Below are positions 26,981 through 36,900 of a DNA stretch of 64,000 nucleotides, in pieces (within the stretch, counting starts at the first letter, position 1; each line of letters opens with the position of its first letter). The stretch covers positions 567-64,566 of the forward strand of contig CALWUZ010000212.1 of assembly GCA_944384845.1 (NCBI GenBank). The letters are read 5' to 3'. The DNA comes from an uncultured Clostridia bacterium (GTDB taxonomy: Bacteria; Bacillota; Clostridia; Oscillospirales; Acutalibacteraceae). A program made the position numbers and the translations under genes. The notes beneath the pieces were generated by a model, which was given only the letters and a program-made list of their open reading frames with translations, was not told the origin of the DNA and ran no database searches.

Positions 26981-27020
26981 TTAGGCGCTAAGGTCACTTT
27001 CGGTAGACCTTAGCGCCTAA
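26981..27020. repeat. Perfect 15-bp inverted repeat (stem-loop) in the intergenic region
   Basis: ttaggcgctaaggtc (26981-26995), 10-nt loop, gaccttagcgcctaa (27006-27020). No adjacent T-run on either strand. It lies ~100 nt after the AraC stop. Confidence 0.6.
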
Positions 27021-27346
27021 AATATCAATCAAATAAATATTGACCGAACCTTTCTCTGACATCCGACTGAAGACAGCTCCTTTTTATTGTTATATTAAAA
27101 CAAATAAAGTTTAAGCTTTAATATGTCCCGAAAGCAAAAACTCGGCTGCCGAAAATGACAGATTAATTATTACTGCTCTGGCATACATCTACGGCGACTG
27201 CATTAAAAATGTCTTGTATCTCAAATATTTTTTCGGTAAGCAGCCGGAGAAACGCCTGTATACTTTTTAAATTAACGGCTGAAAAATAACGAATCCTCAA
27301 ATCCGACCGCCGCCGGCACTTTTGATTAAATGCTTTGGAGCGTTTT

Positions 27347-28423
27347 TTAAAATTTAATCGATTTGCCTGTTGAAATGCTTTCATAAACCGCATTCATTGC
27401 TTCAATGGTCCTTCTATGCCATCTGAGATTAATGAGCGGAGTCTTATTATTTCTGATATTATCAACAAATTCGTCTATCATTCCAATCCATTCGTCAAAA
27501 TAAGTATATTGAACGGTATATCTGTTTTTGGGAAGACCGCTATGATAAACATTCGGACCGAAGCAATCAGCCATTATTGTACCTTTTTCGCCGTTCAGAG
27601 TAATATTAACCTCCATACGCTTCGGGAAAACTTCCCATCCCGGTCCCGGAATTTTAAGCCGCTCTTCCATTTTGGACCAAGAGGGGTCTAACGAAAAAAC
27701 CGTACCGTCTTTCATCTTTCCGATAACGGAAAGCATGTCTTCTTCCTCAATATCAGGTCGGATATTAGGAGCGGCCTCAGCATAAACTATGTCAAAATCA
27801 CTGCCGGTTATATGTCGGACCATATCAAAAATATGCGGATGGTCACAAAGAGCGCCTCCACGGAAACGGCTGTCTCCTTGCTTCAGCGGAACGCGCTTTC
27901 CATAACTTTTTTCAGGCACTCCCTGCCACGGAAAAGCCCAAACAGGGGAAAGAGTAATATTAGTAGCGTTAAATGACCTTATTTTGCCTATTTCTCCGCT
28001 GCTGACCAGTCGTTTAAGTCTTGCAATAACAGGATTATAATGCATTTCAAGCTCTATCTGGCATACAACATTGTTTTTTTCGGTAATATCTATCATTTTA
28101 TCATATTCTGACATATCAAATGTCGGAATTTTCATTGAAAGAATATGTATACCCCGTTCTGCACAAAGCTTCATCTGACGAAAATGCTCACTGTTTTCGC
28201 TTGCAAGAACCACTGCTTCTATTTCAGGATGTGCGTTAAGCATTTCCATTTCACTATCATAGCAGGGAATGCCGCTGATGCTGTCCAAAAATATTTTTTT
28301 TACCTCATTGTTGGCAGTTGAAACAGCTACCCAATCAAGCTTCGGATTATCAATCAGCGTTTGGTAATATTTTCTCGTATGACCGTGAGTCATACTCATC
28401 ATAGCAATTTTTAACGGTTTCAT
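27347..28423 (-). CDS. Gfo/Idh/MocA-like oxidoreductase with atypical cofactor motifs
   Basis: Overall family pattern (IEAVVLASENSEHFRQMKLCAERGIHILSMKIP; C-terminal alpha/beta domain). However the N-terminal G-x-G-x-x-G loop is replaced by IAMMSMTHGH, and the usual E-K-P reads M-K-I-P. Confidence 0.6.
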   Translation of the reverse strand: MKPLKIAMMSMTHGHTRKYYQTLIDNPKLDWVAVSTANNEVKKIFLDSISGIPCYDSEMEMLNAHPEIEAVVLASENSEHFRQMKLCAERGIHILSMKIPTFDMSEYDKMIDITEKNNVVCQIELEMHYNPVIARLKRLVSSGEIGKIRSFNATNITLSPVWAFPWQGVPEKSYGKRVPLKQGDSRFRGGALCDHPHIFDMVRHITGSDFDIVYAEAAPNIRPDIEEEDMLSVIGKMKDGTVFSLDPSWSKMEERLKIPGPGWEVFPKRMEVNITLNGEKGTIMADCFGPNVYHSGLPKNRYTVQYTYFDEWIGMIDEFVDNIRNNKTPLINLRWHRRTIEAMNAVYESISTGKSIKF

Positions 28424-29118
28424 ACTGCAATAGACTCCTTTTTACCGCTGTATGCAGATTTTTTGGATTTTTCCACAAGCGCACAAAGCCTTTTATCAGT
28501 TGCGATAAGATCGTCAAAATTTTTGTTTTTAGCGGCTGCGAAGGCTGCTCTTACAACAGCCGTTTCCTTTTCGGAAAGACCGAAAAGCTCAAAATCGGTA
28601 TCTGTAAATTTTTGATTTTCCTCTCCGAAAACATAAATTGAATCCGGTTTTAACTGTGCGTCAACAACAATATCGCAGGCAATACCGCTCCGTGAAATTA
28701 CTTCATGCTTATCCTTAGGGGGCTCCCGTTTTTTAAGAGTCGCTGCAATTTCAACCGTACAGACAACGCCGTCATCAGCGACAGCAACAGTGTTCAATAC
28801 ATTTTCGTTTTCCATAGCCATAACCGATTTAATGCTTTTTCCTAAAATAAACTCGCATAAATCAAGCTCTCTGTAAAGTATTTCGTAAATATCTGAGGTT
28901 TTTTCTGCAATTTCCATAGCCCGCATTGCGCTTATTCCGTCAAGAGTACCTTCCTGTACAATCTTTTTAAGTTCAATAAATCTCCGCTCGCTTCTGTGTG
29001 GAAAAATAGGCAATTCTCTGCCGTCAATTATAACCGTTTTCTTGTCTTTTAAAACGGCATTTACTTGTATTGAATATTTTTTCAGAAGAAAATCCAGCTT
29101 TTTCTGCAATATTTCCAT
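28420..29118 (-). CDS. Hypothetical protein (232 aa)
   Basis: AGGTGA RBS, 4-nt overlap with the downstream gene, no signal peptide. I recognise no motif. Confidence 0.55.
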   Translation of the reverse strand: MEILQKKLDFLLKKYSIQVNAVLKDKKTVIIDGRELPIFPHRSERRFIELKKIVQEGTLDGISAMRAMEIAEKTSDIYEILYRELDLCEFILGKSIKSVMAMENENVLNTVAVADDGVVCTVEIAATLKKREPPKDKHEVISRSGIACDIVVDAQLKPDSIYVFGEENQKFTDTDFELFGLSEKETAVVRAAFAAAKNKNFDDLIATDKRLCALVEKSKKSAYSGKKESIAV

Positions 29119-29133
29119 AATTTCACCTGTTCT

Positions 29134-29883
29134 TTACAGCATTTTAATTCTTGACCTGTATTTTTCCAAATACGCAGCATTCTTTTTATCTCCACCGGGT
29201 GTGTTGGCGCTTGACCATACCGGAGGAATTATTCCCATCTCAACGCACTGATTAACCGTTTCGATTTCAAGCAGATGCGCAATATAAAAATCAACTATAT
29301 TTGATGTCGGAGCAACAGGCGTTTCCATACCGGGAACATATGTAACCGCATCTCCTACGGGGTTAAAGTCATCAATACAAACATCGGCATAATCAAAAAG
29401 ATTTGTTTTGCTGGGATGACGTATAAAATGATCGGCAGGCATTTCATTCTGCCAGTATGAACTTGAAACCGCGATTATCTTTACGCCGTTGCCTTTTGCC
29501 TCCATAGCGGCATCTATCGTTGCCGGGTTAATTCCAATATTATGAAATATAATTAAAACATCATCTTTTTTTAAATCATAATATTTTAGTATGGCACTGC
29601 CGTAATTGACCGTTCTCTCAAGTTCAAGATATTTAAGCGCTTGGTTAAAAACCGAAAGACCGGTTTCCATTATCGGATTAATGCAGGCAAGTCCGCCGGC
29701 TCTGAAAAACATTTCGCCCACCGGAAGGGTGGTATGACCGCCTCCGCCGTATACACTGATAAGCCGGTCATTTGCTATGGCATCAGCCATAAGCGAAGCG
29801 GCTTTTTTTATGTTTTCCTCCTGCGTTGCATTTATTTTTTCAAAATTTTCAATTATTGACCTGAAATAACCGAAATCATTCAT
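29134..29883 (-). CDS. SIS (sugar isomerase) domain protein, UPF0309-like
   Basis: N-terminal helix then ISVYGGGGHTTLPVGEMFFRAGGL and a Rossmann-like core with DVLIIFHNIGINP. This pattern matches SIS-domain proteins from memory. GGAGG RBS. Confidence 0.6.
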   Translation of the reverse strand: MNDFGYFRSIIENFEKINATQEENIKKAASLMADAIANDRLISVYGGGGHTTLPVGEMFFRAGGLACINPIMETGLSVFNQALKYLELERTVNYGSAILKYYDLKKDDVLIIFHNIGINPATIDAAMEAKGNGVKIIAVSSSYWQNEMPADHFIRHPSKTNLFDYADVCIDDFNPVGDAVTYVPGMETPVAPTSNIVDFYIAHLLEIETVNQCVEMGIIPPVWSSANTPGGDKKNAAYLEKYRSRIKML

Positions 29884-29886
29884 GCC

Positions 29887-30924
29887 TCAGTCCTCCTTTT
29901 TTAATACCCGTCTGAAATTTCTGCCTATATTCTCCCAAAGCTCAAGCGCATCTCCCGCAGCAACGCTTGTTCCATAACCGCCTCTGTATGTCCAAGCCGC
30001 CAAACGGTCAATTCCTGACTTCTCATACATATCTACAATCTTATCGATTTGTGCGAAATTCTCCGGACGCTTATTGTAACCCATCAGCCAGCGCTCTGAC
30101 TGCTTGCCGTATTTTTTTGCCACCGCAACTGTTCTTTCGGTAATCTCTTTGAAAAAACTTTCAGGCAGCGACCAATTAATAATTGTAGTTGAAAAAACAT
30201 CAAAATACGGACAGGCCGCAACCATTTCCCAATTATCATAACCGCGGAGCTCTGTTACATAATAGGAATTCAGCGTCGCGTGAACGCAGCAGGTGATTTC
30301 AAGCTCATGGTTAATCTCTTTTAATGCTTTTGAAGTCTCCGAAAGTGTGAATAAAGCTTCGCGCCAGCGAAACTGCTTAACGTCGTCATTCATAAATTTC
30401 GGCATTTCATAACCGTAATACTGCTCAAATTTTTTCATACATTCCGGACAGCGGCAAGACCAGTCGTCACCCGCACCGCCCGTAATGGAGGCGTACGATT
30501 TTGGATATGCGTAATGCGGTTCATCCCAGAAAAACCCATCCACCTCGGTTTCGCGGGCAAGTTTCACACAAAGCCGCTTGAAATAATCGCGGAAAGAATT
30601 AGTATTAAAACATGCGGCATTAAGCACTTCTCCGGTATAGGCTGACACTTGACGGTGATAAATATTATTTTGAAGGAACAGGCTAACCGGTTCCCCTCCG
30701 AAAAATTTACCTATACCCCACAGATCAGCAATAACCCTAAGCCCCAAATTATGCGCCGCTTTAATAATATTGTTAATATTCGGAAACCAAAAATCCATAT
30801 CAAATTCCGTAATCGCAAGTATGACTGTATCGCAGCCATGCTCTTTTATTTCCTTGAAATCTTCTAATGCGTGCTCGACATAGTTCAAGCCGTAATAACT
30901 TACAGCCGTATGCCTGATTGACAT
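29887..30924 (-). CDS. Hypothetical protein, possibly a TIM-barrel glycoside-hydrolase-like fold
   Basis: GGAGGT RBS. Alternating beta/alpha pattern, with DGFFWDEPHY resembling the acid/base (N/D)EP strand of clan GH-A enzymes. No signal peptide. The fold call is inference only. Confidence 0.35.
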   Translation of the reverse strand: MSIRHTAVSYYGLNYVEHALEDFKEIKEHGCDTVILAITEFDMDFWFPNINNIIKAAHNLGLRVIADLWGIGKFFGGEPVSLFLQNNIYHRQVSAYTGEVLNAACFNTNSFRDYFKRLCVKLARETEVDGFFWDEPHYAYPKSYASITGGAGDDWSCRCPECMKKFEQYYGYEMPKFMNDDVKQFRWREALFTLSETSKALKEINHELEITCCVHATLNSYYVTELRGYDNWEMVAACPYFDVFSTTIINWSLPESFFKEITERTVAVAKKYGKQSERWLMGYNKRPENFAQIDKIVDMYEKSGIDRLAAWTYRGGYGTSVAAGDALELWENIGRNFRRVLKKED

Positions 30925-30957
30925 ATTTTTACCTCCGCCAACTTATATAACATTAAA

Positions 30958-32370
30958 TTAGGTGTTTACTCCGATTTGATATTTCGCCCAGCCGGATTTT
31001 GCATAATCGCCGTCCGTGAAATATACTTTTCTTGAAAGCTCAGCTGTCTTTATTCCGCACTGTGCGTCAAAAAATTTATCATGGAAGCATTTGCCGAGCT
31101 TCTCACCCCATGACTCAAGCGCAGTAGCCGTTAAATAAGGTGTTCCTGACGACAGCGTGTGCCAGGTAGTATGCATTATACCGTAAAGTCCATAATTCCT
31201 TGCAGTGGATACCGAGCTTTCAATAACCTCTCTGCCGCAATCCCAGGGACATATAAGCACATCAAAGCCGGCATTTTTAAAAACGAGCGAAGTTTCAATC
31301 GGATAAAAGTTACTCCAATACTGCCAGTCGCCTATTATAACTCGCTTATCTAAGCCATCAAGCAATTTTTTTTCGGTTTCCTCATCCGGACAAAAGGTAA
31401 CATAATTATTTTTTGAATTGAAATCCTTGTGCCGGCTAATAAGCATATCCCCCCATACAATCGGTCTTCTACCGTTTGCCGCCAAGTCCTCGGTAATTTC
31501 ATTTATATAGTCCGTAAACGGCTTAATGTCATCCTTGGTCATTTCAATATACGGCTCATCGCAGCCTATGTGGAAATATTCGGAATCGCCGCAAAGCGCT
31601 ATAAGTTCCTCACGAATGTTTTTCAGTAATTGGCGAACCTTTGGTTTTTTAATATTCCAGCGCCAGCCGTCGTCAGAAAAATACGACTGAAGCGAGGGAT
31701 TCTGGTCAAGCACGACATGCTTTCCGTGCATTACTCTTCCGGCACTGGCGTGTCCCCAGTGATTGAACATAGGAATTACTTCAAGTCCCATATCCCTTGC
31801 TTCTTTAATAACCGGAGCAACCTGTTCTTTTAAAAATCCATGCTTCCAGCTCAGATGTTCCAATGCGTCATATTTGAGCATACCCCAGAACTCCAAAATG
31901 ACATGAGAGTATTTAAGCGCCGCACATAATCTGATAAATTTATGTAATTCCCACAGCTCTGTTTCCGGAAAAACACAAAAATGAGCCATTCGATTTTCTA
32001 TAATCGGGTTTTCGCTGATTATACAGCAGGACAGATATATATCATTATTATCCGATACCATTATTCTGTCCATAAGAGCAAAAAGCCCGGTTTTTAATCC
32101 CTTTTCATCATTCGCGGATATGCAGACTCCCGTCTCGGTGACGCTTATAGAATAAAGTGATTTTTTCGCCGAAGGAATTTTTGTATTGCCTATCATAAAA
32201 AACATTTCATTTGTATTTTGAATTTGAAGTGACGAGCAGCGATAAGAAAATCCGTGCCACAATTCTATAAATATTTCCTTATTCAGACAGCTATTTGCTA
32301 ATGCAGTTATATTCCTGCCCAATAAAAAAACACCTTTGCTATCCGTATTTTTATTACAGTTAAATACCAT
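30958..32370 (-). CDS. GH20-like hydrolase, cytoplasmic
   Basis: EVIPMFNHWGHA and YFHIGCDEPY (H-x-G-x-D-E) fit a GH20 catalytic barrel. ATG at 32370 with an AAGGAG RBS is preferred over the longer track ORF. Confidence 0.55.
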   Translation of the reverse strand: MVFNCNKNTDSKGVFLLGRNITALANSCLNKEIFIELWHGFSYRCSSLQIQNTNEMFFMIGNTKIPSAKKSLYSISVTETGVCISANDEKGLKTGLFALMDRIMVSDNNDIYLSCCIISENPIIENRMAHFCVFPETELWELHKFIRLCAALKYSHVILEFWGMLKYDALEHLSWKHGFLKEQVAPVIKEARDMGLEVIPMFNHWGHASAGRVMHGKHVVLDQNPSLQSYFSDDGWRWNIKKPKVRQLLKNIREELIALCGDSEYFHIGCDEPYIEMTKDDIKPFTDYINEITEDLAANGRRPIVWGDMLISRHKDFNSKNNYVTFCPDEETEKKLLDGLDKRVIIGDWQYWSNFYPIETSLVFKNAGFDVLICPWDCGREVIESSVSTARNYGLYGIMHTTWHTLSSGTPYLTATALESWGEKLGKCFHDKFFDAQCGIKTAELSRKVYFTDGDYAKSGWAKYQIGVNT

Positions 32371-32509
32371 ATTTGGTTCACTCCTTTGCAGATATTTAAA
32401 CATATGTACATCCAATTTACAATACAATTTCCATAATGATTTTTATAATTTTCAAAACAATTCTTGACATGCTCAGGAATTAAATATATTATAATTAAAG
32501 GTGCTATAT

Positions 32510-33271
32510 ATGTTTTTAAACACAAATAAAATCTCTGTCGAAATTTTATCATCCCACGAACTCAAATGGAAGAAGAGAGACGCTGTTTCTGATTTCAGAC
32601 CGTTTCATGCGCTCTCCTTTCGGATACTCGGGGATGCAAGGTTTATACATAAGGACGATATCTGTACCGCAAAAAGCGGAGATATCGTCTTTGTTCCGAA
32701 TTTATATCAATATAGTCTGCATACAGGAGATGAATATCTTTTTGTAATACATTTCACTTCAAATCAAAGTTTACCCAATAAAATTAAAACCTTTTCTCCT
32801 GATAACCCTGCTTATTACGAAATGCGGTTTAAAGAGTTCTACAGCAGCTGGAAAAGAAAGCAAACCGGATACGAATATGAATGCAAATCTATTTTTTTCA
32901 GAATTCTTATGCATATAGAAAGAGATATTGAATATCAAAAGTTCCGCGAAAAGCCGGATAAATTGTCTGAAGCTGTGGATTATATACATGAACACTTTAC
33001 AGACAGCGAGCTTTCTGTTCATCATCTGGCAAATTTATGCGGTATGAGCGATACATATTTCAGAAAATTATTTTTAAGCCGCTTTGCCGTTACGCCCCAT
33101 ATTTTTATCAATAATTTAAAGCTTCAATATGCAATGGAGCTTTTGAAATCAAAATACTACACCGTTTCGGAAACGGCTGCCAAATGCGGTTTTGAAAATA
33201 TATATTATTTCAGCTCATTTATAAAAAAAAGAACCGGAAAATCTCCTTCCGAATTAATGAAGAATAATTAA
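32510..33271 (+). CDS. AraC-family transcriptional regulator
   Basis: Cupin-like N-terminus and C-terminal AraC HTH (VDYIHEHFTDSELSVHHLANLCGMSDTYFRKLF...ETAAKCGFENIYYFSSFIKKRTGKSPSE). Divergent to the GH20-like cluster. Confidence 0.85.
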   Translation: MFLNTNKISVEILSSHELKWKKRDAVSDFRPFHALSFRILGDARFIHKDDICTAKSGDIVFVPNLYQYSLHTGDEYLFVIHFTSNQSLPNKIKTFSPDNPAYYEMRFKEFYSSWKRKQTGYEYECKSIFFRILMHIERDIEYQKFREKPDKLSEAVDYIHEHFTDSELSVHHLANLCGMSDTYFRKLFLSRFAVTPHIFINNLKLQYAMELLKSKYYTVSETAAKCGFENIYYFSSFIKKRTGKSPSELMKNN

Positions 33272-33325
33272 GAATTTTCTTTAATATTTTATGCAACGGC
33301 TATTTAAAAGAATTTTTTCTTACAC

Positions 33326-33365
33326 AAAAATGTCCTTGACAGAAATACACTCTCTGTCAAGGACA
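33326..33365 (-). terminator. Rho-independent terminator after the dockerin mini-protein gene
   Basis: Perfect 12-bp stem tgtccttgacag (33331-33342) / ctgtcaaggaca (33354-33365). On the minus strand it is followed by TTTTT (A-run 33326-33330 on plus). Confidence 0.6.
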
Positions 33366-33488
33366 AATAATATAAACACTATACGCAGCGCCGCCCCGAT
33401 TCACGGTACGCCTATGCGCTTAACGGGATATCAACACAGCTCAGGCAAATGACGTATGACGGCAGCATCGCAGAATACTTTGTGAAAA

Positions 33489-33794
33489 TCAATTATAAAT
33501 CAAAAGAAGAGTAAGCATCGCCAAATCGTCTGAAGTAATTGTATCCGAGTCTGTTTTTCCAATTGCCTGCATATTTATTTCCGTATCTAACCCTGCGGCA
33601 GCTTTTTTGATTCTTACAACGTCCCTAATGTCAAGCCGGCCGTCAGAATTTACATCACCAAAAATCAAATCGGCGTAATAATGATCGGAAACAATATTAT
33701 CGCCGTATTCCATTGCTCCTGCAAAAATCGATAAGGATGTTAAAAAAAACACCATAGTTACCGAAACAACCATAATTTTAATTGCTTTTTTCAT
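33489..33794 (-). CDS. Secreted 101-aa protein consisting essentially of signal peptide + one dockerin
   Basis: Signal peptide MKKAIKIMVVSVTMVFFLTSLSIFAGA. Then GDVNSDGRLDIRDVVRIKKAAAG and a second loop KTDSDTITSDDLAMLTLLL. Confidence 0.65.
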   Translation of the reverse strand: MKKAIKIMVVSVTMVFFLTSLSIFAGAMEYGDNIVSDHYYADLIFGDVNSDGRLDIRDVVRIKKAAAGLDTEINMQAIGKTDSDTITSDDLAMLTLLLIYN

Positions 33795-33912
33795 TACTGT
33801 TCAAACCTTTCTGCGGAAAATTCTTTAAAATGTTTACGCAATAAATTTTATTTTAAATAATCGGATAATCATTCTGTCTGAAAATGCAATTAAAAGAAAA
33901 ATGATACATTTT

Positions 33913-36900
33913 TTATCTGAAGTTCAAGCCTGCCGCAGCAAAATCCTTCATATTATCATCTGCATCAAATATCCCGAAGCCTACATTATACTCCCACACG
34001 CACCAGCCTACTCCGGATTCATTGCATAATGATGTGAAATAATCAAGATATTCTGTAACGTCACTTTCATCAAACCCATCGTCCGGCGAACTGTTCAGCC
34101 CGCCCATATATACTCCAAATTCCGAAATCCATACGGGAATATTGCCGTGCGCGGCAGAAAAATCACTCGCATCCCTTATTCCGGCTTCTATTTCGGCGGG
34201 AGATCCGGATATTTGAAAATCTGCTCCCACCGGATATCCCATTCCCTGATGCGTAAAGCTCATTGCACCGTAGTTATGAAGCGAAACAATAAGATTTGAG
34301 GTATCCTCAGGTAAAACAATGCTGTCAGCCGCGTAGGTTCCCCCATACGGACAGGCGGTAAGCGCGATAATGCGGTCGGAATCAATCGCGCGTATTTTAG
34401 CAACCGCGGTGTTCTGCAATTCGTTAAGCTTTTCCGAAGACATCAAATCAGGACCTTCGCCTGCCGGAGTAGGCTCATTGATAAGCTCAAAGATTACAGA
34501 ATCGGGATAATTCTTATAACGCTCCGCCACCTGTTCCCAGATGCTGTAAAAAAGATCGGAATTTCCGTTTACATCCTCCATAAGCTCATTAAAGGAATGA
34601 AAATCGAGAACTACGGTTAAACCGTTATTTAAAGCCATAATAACCGCATCATCAACATAACTCATAAAGGTTTCATCAAGAATGCCGCTTTCGTCCGTAA
34701 CATACGCCAGCTTAAGCGGAAGACGGACATGGTCAAAGCCGGCAGAGGCTGCCGAGCTGTAAGTGCTTTCGGAAAGCGATGTTGAGCCCGGTAACTCTTC
34801 AATGCTTTTTTTAAGATTGTCGAAATCTCCGGAGATGTTTATTCCGCACTTTAAACTCGGAGCTTTATTATATGATTCAAATTCGATGTCACTGTAAACG
34901 GCAAATTGAATATCATCGTAAAAATATTCGGTTCCGCCTCCGGAAAGCTCATACTCGACATACGCACAAACCGCAAATTCCGTATTCTGACGTTCCGGTG
35001 CTATCTCGTCAATAATTACATTATATTCAAACGACTGATTGCTGCGGTCATATACAAATCCCTTGCTTTCATTGATAACCACATTATCCACATAGAGCGA
35101 CGCACCGGCAGATTCAATACCTTCAATCGTATAACTGTCCCACATATCGTATTTATCGATAACCTCGGCAGAGGTGACAAGCGCTCCGTAAGTCACCGCC
35201 TTATATTTTTCACCGTAAATATTGATATCACCGTTATATAAAGGAACAGTGTAATCAAATTTTACAGCATTACGCAGCGGTATGGCAGAAATTTGACTGT
35301 AAACTGTCATTAAATCATCTGAAAATTCAGCGTACACACTTACATCCGATGCGGGCATTGCAAAAGTATATGTGCTGCCGCTGTTGGTTTCACGGAAGCC
35401 GTCTCTTGCAACCGGGATTTCATTACCCGAATCATCGGTAACCTTCAGAGTACCCGGAACAAGTCTGTATCCGGCGTCCGGAGCAACGGTAAAGACCGCC
35501 GTTTCATCCGGGAAGACCATTCCGCTGTCCTGAATAATTATACCGCCGTTTGTCACGCTGCTGTCAGCGCTTACTATATTTCCTCCGTAAAGCAGCTTTA
35601 CATTTAAAATTTCAAGCGTATCGCCCGCAGAGGCTCCCTCCGGCACCCACACGTATATTTCAAGCTGCCTTATTCTGCTGTTTTCCTCCGCGCTCGGATA
35701 GCTCGGTGCAGGTTTGTACCAGTTATGTACGCCGTAATCCGAATTATTATATAAGTTGCTTCTGTAATTCAGCGCCTTTGTCACCGTCTCACCCGGCTTA
35801 ACCACCACGGAATTCGGATCTTCGTTCCAGCGCCATACATTATCCTCGCCGTTATTATCTGTATCTCCTCTGAGCATTACACCGAGGGTCGCCTGCACCG
35901 AAGAATTGTTTTCAGCAGTCAGCATAATTCCGTTAGCGTTAAGCATTTGCTCCGGAGATAGCGGAAATACCGTTTTATATCCCTGCCATCTTGCGTTTCC
36001 GGTCAACGGACCGTTGCGCGAACCGTCCAGCGAATAAGTTATTCCATCGTCTGTCACAACCGGCTGTTCATCGTCCTCATATCCGTTGTCGAGAACTGTT
36101 TCTGTGTTTTCCAGTGAAAGGGATGCCTCTCGGTCAAACTCATTATTATACTTTTCATAACGGAAATCATCGAAATAAAAGACCGAGCCTTCCGCGGCCT
36201 GCGGCAGGCGGAAATCGATTTCCGTAACGGTATTTTTTATATCGGAGATTGAATATCCGTTGCTTTCACTGTGGTACCATTGGTTATTCGGATTGTAGGT
36301 TCCGACATCATCGAACCAAATAGTATATTTTATATAATCTCCCACCGGACTGACCGTAAACAGCTTTTGAGCTATCGGAGTGCCGTCCGATTTTATCCAG
36401 CAGCGAAGAGTGGCGCTCACATTGCCCGGATTATATACATAAAAGCTTACACCGTCATACCTGCGTATTTCAGAATTGAGCTGAAGATTGAAATTGCCGT
36501 CATACATGCTGCTGGGACGGGTATGTGAAATCATATATCTGCCCTGCGCGGCAAAAACCCCTTCTGTAGCTTCGGAATCTATCAGCACGGCGCTGTGTTT
36601 CACATTTGTAAGTGTTCCGTTTTCAAAATCGGCTATAACCGCGCTTTTTTCAAGCAATTCGTCATAATCGGCATCCGCTTTTTCAAGCTCGCCGGCAGTT
36701 CCCTTTACTACTATGCCGATCGACTCAATCAGAAGATATGCGCTTGTTATATCGGCCGCATACGGCACGGTCACCGCCAGAACAATGTCGGAAATACCGG
36801 ATTTGTCCTCCTCTGTCCACTTAACGCTGTTATAGTTTCCGTAATAATCCAAAAACTGCCACTCGGACACCTTTCCCATATCCGCAATGTTTTTGGTTAT

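Noticed and set aside
27163-27393. 76-aa minus-strand ORF overlapping the 3' end of the oxidoreductase-like gene
   Set aside because: It overlaps a supported gene by ~47 nt in another frame. The sequence is very basic and low-complexity, with no RBS.
32307-32552. 81-aa minus-strand ORF spanning the divergent promoter region between the GH20-like gene and the AraC gene
   Set aside because: It overlaps the better-supported 5' end of the GH20-like gene in a different frame and runs through the AT-rich promoter region. It has no RBS or motif.
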